From an uncultured Methanomassiliicoccales archaeon (GTDB taxonomy: Archaea; Thermoplasmatota; Thermoplasmata; Methanomassiliicoccales; CAZOLG01): a DNA stretch of 64,000 nt. How positions within the stretch are numbered: position 1 is the stretch's first letter; each line of letters opens with the position of its first letter. The stretch spans positions 116,982-180,981 of the forward strand of contig CAZOLG010000001.1 of NCBI GenBank assembly GCA_964580935.1, read 5' to 3'. Below the pieces are notes generated by a model. It made no database searches and had not been told where the DNA came from. It saw only the letters and a program-made list of their open reading frames with translations. Both the position numbers and the translations under genes were made by a program. Shown here one piece after another: positions 59,492 through 64,000 of this stretch.

Positions 59492-60490
59492 ATGAAGAAG
59501 GTTCTAATCGTGGATGATGACCCGGCGATCCTTGAAATAGTTTCCGAACTGGTGGCCGATGCGGGGTTCGACCCAGTAACTGCTCAAGAGGGGGAGGAAG
59601 GTCTGGAGATTATGAGGGAAGAAGAGCCTGATCTAGCCCTGCTCGATCTCAAAATGCCGGGAATCGATGGCTGGACTGTTCTCAAGAGGATGAAGGAAGA
59701 GGACCTGACCAAGGTAACGAAGGTGATGATGCTCACTGCCACAGAAGATGTGGGCACCGACATATTCGGTCTGCAGGATGTGGTGATCGCCTATATCAGG
59801 AAGCCATTCGACGGAGATGAACTCATAGAAAAACTCACCGATGAGCTGACGCCCCCTCAGGAGGAAGAACGGAGGGAGGAGATGGATGTAGGGCTCTTCG
59901 AGAGGATCAGGGAGATGATCAGCCCCCATTCCGAAGTCCCGGGGGGTATGGAGAAGCTCAGTAAATCAGATATGAGATATAATATCCGAGAAGGCTTCGG
60001 ATACGTGATCAAGGAGAGGAAACCGGTCGAGTCGTTTGAGATTTTTGTCGATCAGGTGACCCATAATATCCAGGGGCTGTGCATCACCCGTCAGCATCCA
60101 TCCGTCGTTCGATCGAAGTGGGGTCTGGAGAAGACTCCCATTATCTGGTTGAGTAACAAACTGGGAAAGGTCTATCTGAATCCCAGTAACATCGGTATCC
60201 TTAGTGACACCATAGTCCGTTTCGTGGAGAAGAGTGGAGAGAGCGTGGTGATGATCGACGGCATAGAGTTCCTGATCACTAACAATGACTTTGGAAAAGT
60301 GATACGTATGATACACCATGTCTTCGACGCGGTAATGGAGAACAAGTCGAGGCTCATCATCTCTGTGGATCCCAGGACTCTAGAACAGAGGGAGATCGCA
60401 CTACTGGAGAGGAACATGGAAGTAGTGGATACCAACAAAGAGGGGTTTGAGAAGGAGACCCTGCTGTCCAATCAGGGCTCAGCACAATGA
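59492..60490 (+). CDS. Response regulator receiver + DUF835 domain protein
   Basis: VLIVDDD, LLDLKMP, KPF; C-terminal GLCITRQHP, IWLS, IDGIEFL, VDP. Confidence 0.85.
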   Translation: MKKVLIVDDDPAILEIVSELVADAGFDPVTAQEGEEGLEIMREEEPDLALLDLKMPGIDGWTVLKRMKEEDLTKVTKVMMLTATEDVGTDIFGLQDVVIAYIRKPFDGDELIEKLTDELTPPQEEERREEMDVGLFERIREMISPHSEVPGGMEKLSKSDMRYNIREGFGYVIKERKPVESFEIFVDQVTHNIQGLCITRQHPSVVRSKWGLEKTPIIWLSNKLGKVYLNPSNIGILSDTIVRFVEKSGESVVMIDGIEFLITNNDFGKVIRMIHHVFDAVMENKSRLIISVDPRTLEQREIALLERNMEVVDTNKEGFEKETLLSNQGSAQ

Positions 60491-60520
60491 TACAGTTCTG
60501 TTGATGTATGAGGAAGAAAT

Positions 60521-61810
60521 ATGAAAGGATTTCAGATTTTGAGGGTCAAGGGAAGAGAGGTGTTGGATTCAAGAGGGAATCCGACTGTGGAAGCGGAAGT
60601 GATCACTCCCTGGACCAGAGCCACAGGGATAACACCTTCGGGGGCCTCTACGGGTATACATGAGGCCGTCGAACTCAGGGACAATGACCGAAGATACGGA
60701 GGGAAGGGCGTTCTCCGTGCCGTGGAGAACATAAACGGTCCTGTATCCAAGGTCTTGACCGGTCTAGATGTCCGTGACCAGAAGAACATCGATCGTAATC
60801 TTATCGATATCGATGGGACGCCGAACAAGTCCGATATTGGGGCCAATTCCACCACCGCCGTGTCGCTGGCGTGTGCAAATGCGGGAGCAAAGGTCAAGAG
60901 AGTGCCCCTGCATGAGCACTTGAGTAAAGGCAGCAGGGTACTGCCCGTTCCCATGTTCAACATCTTGAACGGGGGCATGCACGCCGGTAATGACCTAAGC
61001 ATCCAGGAGTTCATGGTGGTTCCTACTGGGGCTGAAAGTTTTAGAGAGGCACTCAGGATGGGCACAGAAGTATATCACCAGCTCAAGGTGTTACTGAAGA
61101 ACGAGTTCGGCAACGGCGCGATTAACGTGGGAGACGAGGGAGGCTTCGCCCCGCCCCTTCAGAAGACGGAAGATTCTCTGGAGCTGATCTCGGATGCCAT
61201 ACAGAGGGCAGGTTACGAAGCGGGCGCCGATGTTTATGTGGCCATCGATTCTGCGGCCAGTGAATTCTACAGAGATGGAGATTATATCATAGATGGAAGG
61301 ACCCTCTCTCCCGAGGAACTTCTCGATTATTACGAGAGCCTGTATGAAAGGTTCTGCCTGATAAGTATGGAAGATCCGGTGGAGGAGGAGTCCATAGAGA
61401 CCATGGCTCGACTGACTGACAGGATGGGAGAAGACGTCCAACTGGTGGGTGATGACATGTTTGTCACCAATCCAGACAGAATAAAGATCGCAATACAGAA
61501 GGGGGCGGGGAACGCCACTCTGCTCAAAGTGAACCAGGTAGGCACAGTGTCAGAAACGATTCAGGCCGCGGAGGTATCCATCAATGCAGGATACAACTCA
61601 GTGGTGAGCCACAGGTCGGGAGAAACCGAAGACACCTCCATCGCAGATATCGCCGTTGCCCTTCAGTGTGGCCAGATAAAGGCCGGTGCCCCGGCGAGGG
61701 GTGAGCGGACCGCGAAGTACAACAGGTTGTTAAGGATCGAGGAAATGCTAGGGAACGGGGCGCTGTTCCCTGGAGAGCGAGCCTTCAGAGAGAGGCCATA
61801 TCTCCCGTAA
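60521..61810 (+). CDS. eno: Enolase
   Basis: DSRGNPTVE, PSGASTG, GDEGG, SHRSGETED. Confidence 0.97.
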   Translation: MKGFQILRVKGREVLDSRGNPTVEAEVITPWTRATGITPSGASTGIHEAVELRDNDRRYGGKGVLRAVENINGPVSKVLTGLDVRDQKNIDRNLIDIDGTPNKSDIGANSTTAVSLACANAGAKVKRVPLHEHLSKGSRVLPVPMFNILNGGMHAGNDLSIQEFMVVPTGAESFREALRMGTEVYHQLKVLLKNEFGNGAINVGDEGGFAPPLQKTEDSLELISDAIQRAGYEAGADVYVAIDSAASEFYRDGDYIIDGRTLSPEELLDYYESLYERFCLISMEDPVEEESIETMARLTDRMGEDVQLVGDDMFVTNPDRIKIAIQKGAGNATLLKVNQVGTVSETIQAAEVSINAGYNSVVSHRSGETEDTSIADIAVALQCGQIKAGAPARGERTAKYNRLLRIEEMLGNGALFPGERAFRERPYLP

Positions 61811-61872
61811 ATCGAGCTGGTGGCAGGAAAAATTCTTTATCGTTAGTTATCAATGCTAGGACAGGTGATCCT

Positions 61873-62403
61873 GTGGACAAGGCCATTATTGTTGTGGATA
61901 TGATACACGATTTTGTTTATGGTAAGTTCGGTGGGGAGAGGCCTCAATCGGTCGTGTCCTGTGTCAAGAAGCTGCTAGAGTACGGCAGGAAGAATGACAT
62001 CCCAATCATCTATCTGAAAGACGCGCACAGAGAGGATGATCATGAGCTGGAAGTATGGGGGGAGCACGCCATGAAGGGCACTGAAGGTTCCCAGATCATC
62101 TCTGAATTGAAACCTGAGCCCGGAGACTACGTCCTGGAGAAGACGAGATACAGCTCGTTTCACGATACTGAACTGGACGTCCTCCTTGAGGACCTGGGAG
62201 TGAAGAAGATCATTATCGCTGGCGTTACCACCGATATTTGTGTGAGACACACCGCCGCTGACGCTTTCTACAGAGGCTACGAGATCGCGGTACCATCTGA
62301 CTGCGTCAACAGTATATCAGACGATGTCCAGGAGAGGGCTCTCAGGGAGATGGAGAACCTGTACAACGCGGAGGTCGGGGAGCTCGAACAGGTGATTGCC
62401 TGA
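61873..62403 (+). CDS. pncA: Isochorismatase-family cysteine hydrolase, probable nicotinamidase
   Basis: VDM..DF, WGEH, K.RYS.F, TDICV; adjacent to NAPRTase. Confidence 0.82.
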   Translation: MDKAIIVVDMIHDFVYGKFGGERPQSVVSCVKKLLEYGRKNDIPIIYLKDAHREDDHELEVWGEHAMKGTEGSQIISELKPEPGDYVLEKTRYSSFHDTELDVLLEDLGVKKIIIAGVTTDICVRHTAADAFYRGYEIAVPSDCVNSISDDVQERALREMENLYNAEVGELEQVIA

Positions 62404-63602
62404 AGAAATTCTTCATCGCTTCAGAGCGAGAAGTCCTGGACGGGTATACTACCGACGTCTACTTCGATAGGACGGTGAAGATCCTGAAAGCCAGGGGTAT
62501 GGAAGATGAAGGAGGGGTGGCCGAATTCACTACCGGGAGCCTCCCGAAGGACTGGCCCTGGGCTGTCTTCTGCGGACTTGAGGAACTGCTCAACCTGCTG
62601 GAAGGCAGGGAGATCGACATATGGGGACTTCCTGAAGGTACGATATTTACCGCCCGGGACGTCAAGGGGAGGAGGGTCCCCGTTCTGACCGTTGAAGGCC
62701 CGTATTCCCAATACTGTATATACGAAACCCCAGCCCTGGGATTCATATGTCATTCTAGCGGGGTGGCTACTATGGCCGCCCGGTGTCGTAAGGCGGCGGG
62801 GGACAGAGACCTGATCTCATTCGGCATCCGGCGGATGAACCCCTTTCTGGCCCCTTCCATCGATCGTGCCGCCTACATCGGAGGCTGCGATGGCGTTTCT
62901 TCACTGGCGGGAGCAGATGCAATCGGGAAGGATCCCATAGGCACCATGCCCCATGCCCTGATGATAATTCACGGGGATGAAGCGGAGGCTTTCCGTGCTT
63001 TCGACGAAGTGATAGAGCCCAACGTGCCGCGAGTGGCTCTGATAGACACCTATTCCGATGAGAAATTCGGTGCTGTGATCGCCTGTGAGGCTGTCGATGA
63101 CCTATCCGCTGTGAGACTAGACACGCCCGGCTCGCGGAAAGGTTCTTTTGAAGAACTGATCCAGGAAGTGAGGTGGGAGATGGACGTGAGAGGCTTTGAG
63201 GACGTGGACATCATCGTCTCTGGAGGGCTCGATGAATACAAGCTGATGAGGATGCGGGGTTCTCCTGTCCAGGGTTATGGTGTGGGGACTAGTATCTCCA
63301 ATGCACCTACTGTCAACTTCGCCATGGACATCATAGAGAAGGATGGAAAGCCAGTTGCCAAGAGAGGTAAACTGGGCGCGAAGAAGGAAGTATACAGGTG
63401 TTCATCATGTCTCCAGATCGAGGTCGTTTCCCGGGAGGCGGAGCCTCCCGAATGTACCGACTGCAGTTCGGAGATGGTTCTTGTCCAGGAGAAGCTTATG
63501 GAGAACGGCAGGAAGCTCACGGAGTCCCCCTCTCCAGAGGAGATCAGGGAACGAGTTTTGGCCCAGTTGTCCAGAGTAGAGCTGGAGTTACAAAACATCT
63601 GA
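62400..63602 (+). CDS. pncB: Nicotinate phosphoribosyltransferase (probable CTG start)
   Basis: In-frame N-terminus (M)KKFFIASEREVLDGYTTDVYFDRT upstream of the called GTG; FGIRR, GTMPH, RLDT, SGG, GVGT. Confidence 0.93.
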   Translation: MKKFFIASEREVLDGYTTDVYFDRTVKILKARGMEDEGGVAEFTTGSLPKDWPWAVFCGLEELLNLLEGREIDIWGLPEGTIFTARDVKGRRVPVLTVEGPYSQYCIYETPALGFICHSSGVATMAARCRKAAGDRDLISFGIRRMNPFLAPSIDRAAYIGGCDGVSSLAGADAIGKDPIGTMPHALMIIHGDEAEAFRAFDEVIEPNVPRVALIDTYSDEKFGAVIACEAVDDLSAVRLDTPGSRKGSFEELIQEVRWEMDVRGFEDVDIIVSGGLDEYKLMRMRGSPVQGYGVGTSISNAPTVNFAMDIIEKDGKPVAKRGKLGAKKEVYRCSSCLQIEVVSREAEPPECTDCSSEMVLVQEKLMENGRKLTESPSPEEIRERVLAQLSRVELELQNI

Positions 63603-63611
63603 GGTGATCCT

Positions 63612-64000
63612 ATGAAAGAGAGAGATTTCGTCAATCGGATCAGAAGGATTGAAGGCTACAAATTCAGGATTTCCTTCAACTCGGAGAAGGTGGACGACCT
63701 CATCATGGACGAGCCGGAACCCCTGGGGGGCGGAGAGTATCCCAATGCGGGGAGGCTTCTTGCCGCCTCAGTCGGCAACTGTCTCTGCAGCAGCCTGCTA
63801 TTCTGTCTCAGCAAGGCAAAGCTCGGCGTGGGGTCGATGGACGCCGAGGTGCGCAGTACCATGGAGCGAAACAAGAATGGCCGGCTGAGGATCACCTCCA
63901 TTCAGGTCGATATTACTCCAGAAGTGGAACCGGGGGGTAGGTTCGAACGTTGTCTGGACATTTTTCAAGATTTCTGTATAGTGTCCAAGAGCGTGGAAGA
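63612..64000 (+). CDS. OsmC/Ohr family protein, 3'-truncated (not in the ORF track)
   Basis: SD GAGGTG; DEPEPLGG..PNA.RLLAASVGNCL...FQDFCIVSKSV two-Cys pattern. Confidence 0.88.
   Translation, partial: MKERDFVNRIRRIEGYKFRISFNSEKVDDLIMDEPEPLGGGEYPNAGRLLAASVGNCLCSSLLFCLSKAKLGVGSMDAEVRSTMERNKNGRLRITSIQVDITPEVEPGGRFERCLDIFQDFCIVSKSVE

Overview
Gene-dense archaeal chromosomal segment, probably a Thermoplasmatota or Methanomassiliicoccales-like anaerobe. This assignment is an inference from rpl40e, RFC-S, ABCE1, archaeal ribC/ribL, FtsZ, a DUF835 response regulator, TATA-box promoters and GGAGG(T) Shine-Dalgarno sites. Housekeeping and metabolic genes include an ECF transporter, ADP-forming acyl-CoA synthetase, proA-proB, metG, ftsZ, a rib operon, PGI/PMI, glyA, rfcS, eno and pncA-pncB. 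Oxidative-stress genes include ferritin, FprA, desulforedoxin and OsmC. The standouts are two different soluble heterodisulfide-reductase-like operons. The first is hdrC-hdrB-SdhB-like-SdhA/TfrA-like-hdrA::mvhD-tandem hdrD (15.9-23.9 kb). The second is double-hdrA::mvhD-frhB-like-gltB3-gltB2, a glutamate-synthase-like module with no amidotransferase subunit in the window (45.3-52.2 kb). Both hdrA genes lack a canonical start at their SD site and share the layout GGAGGW-N6-ACGAACARAGAA, which suggests ACG initiation. Also noted: a circularly permuted orphan amino-methyltransferase, an apparently catalytically dead M3/M32-like peptidase, a candidate structured ncRNA, and three small or partial genes missed by the ORF track. 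No CRISPR array, tRNA, rRNA or mobile element was seen.
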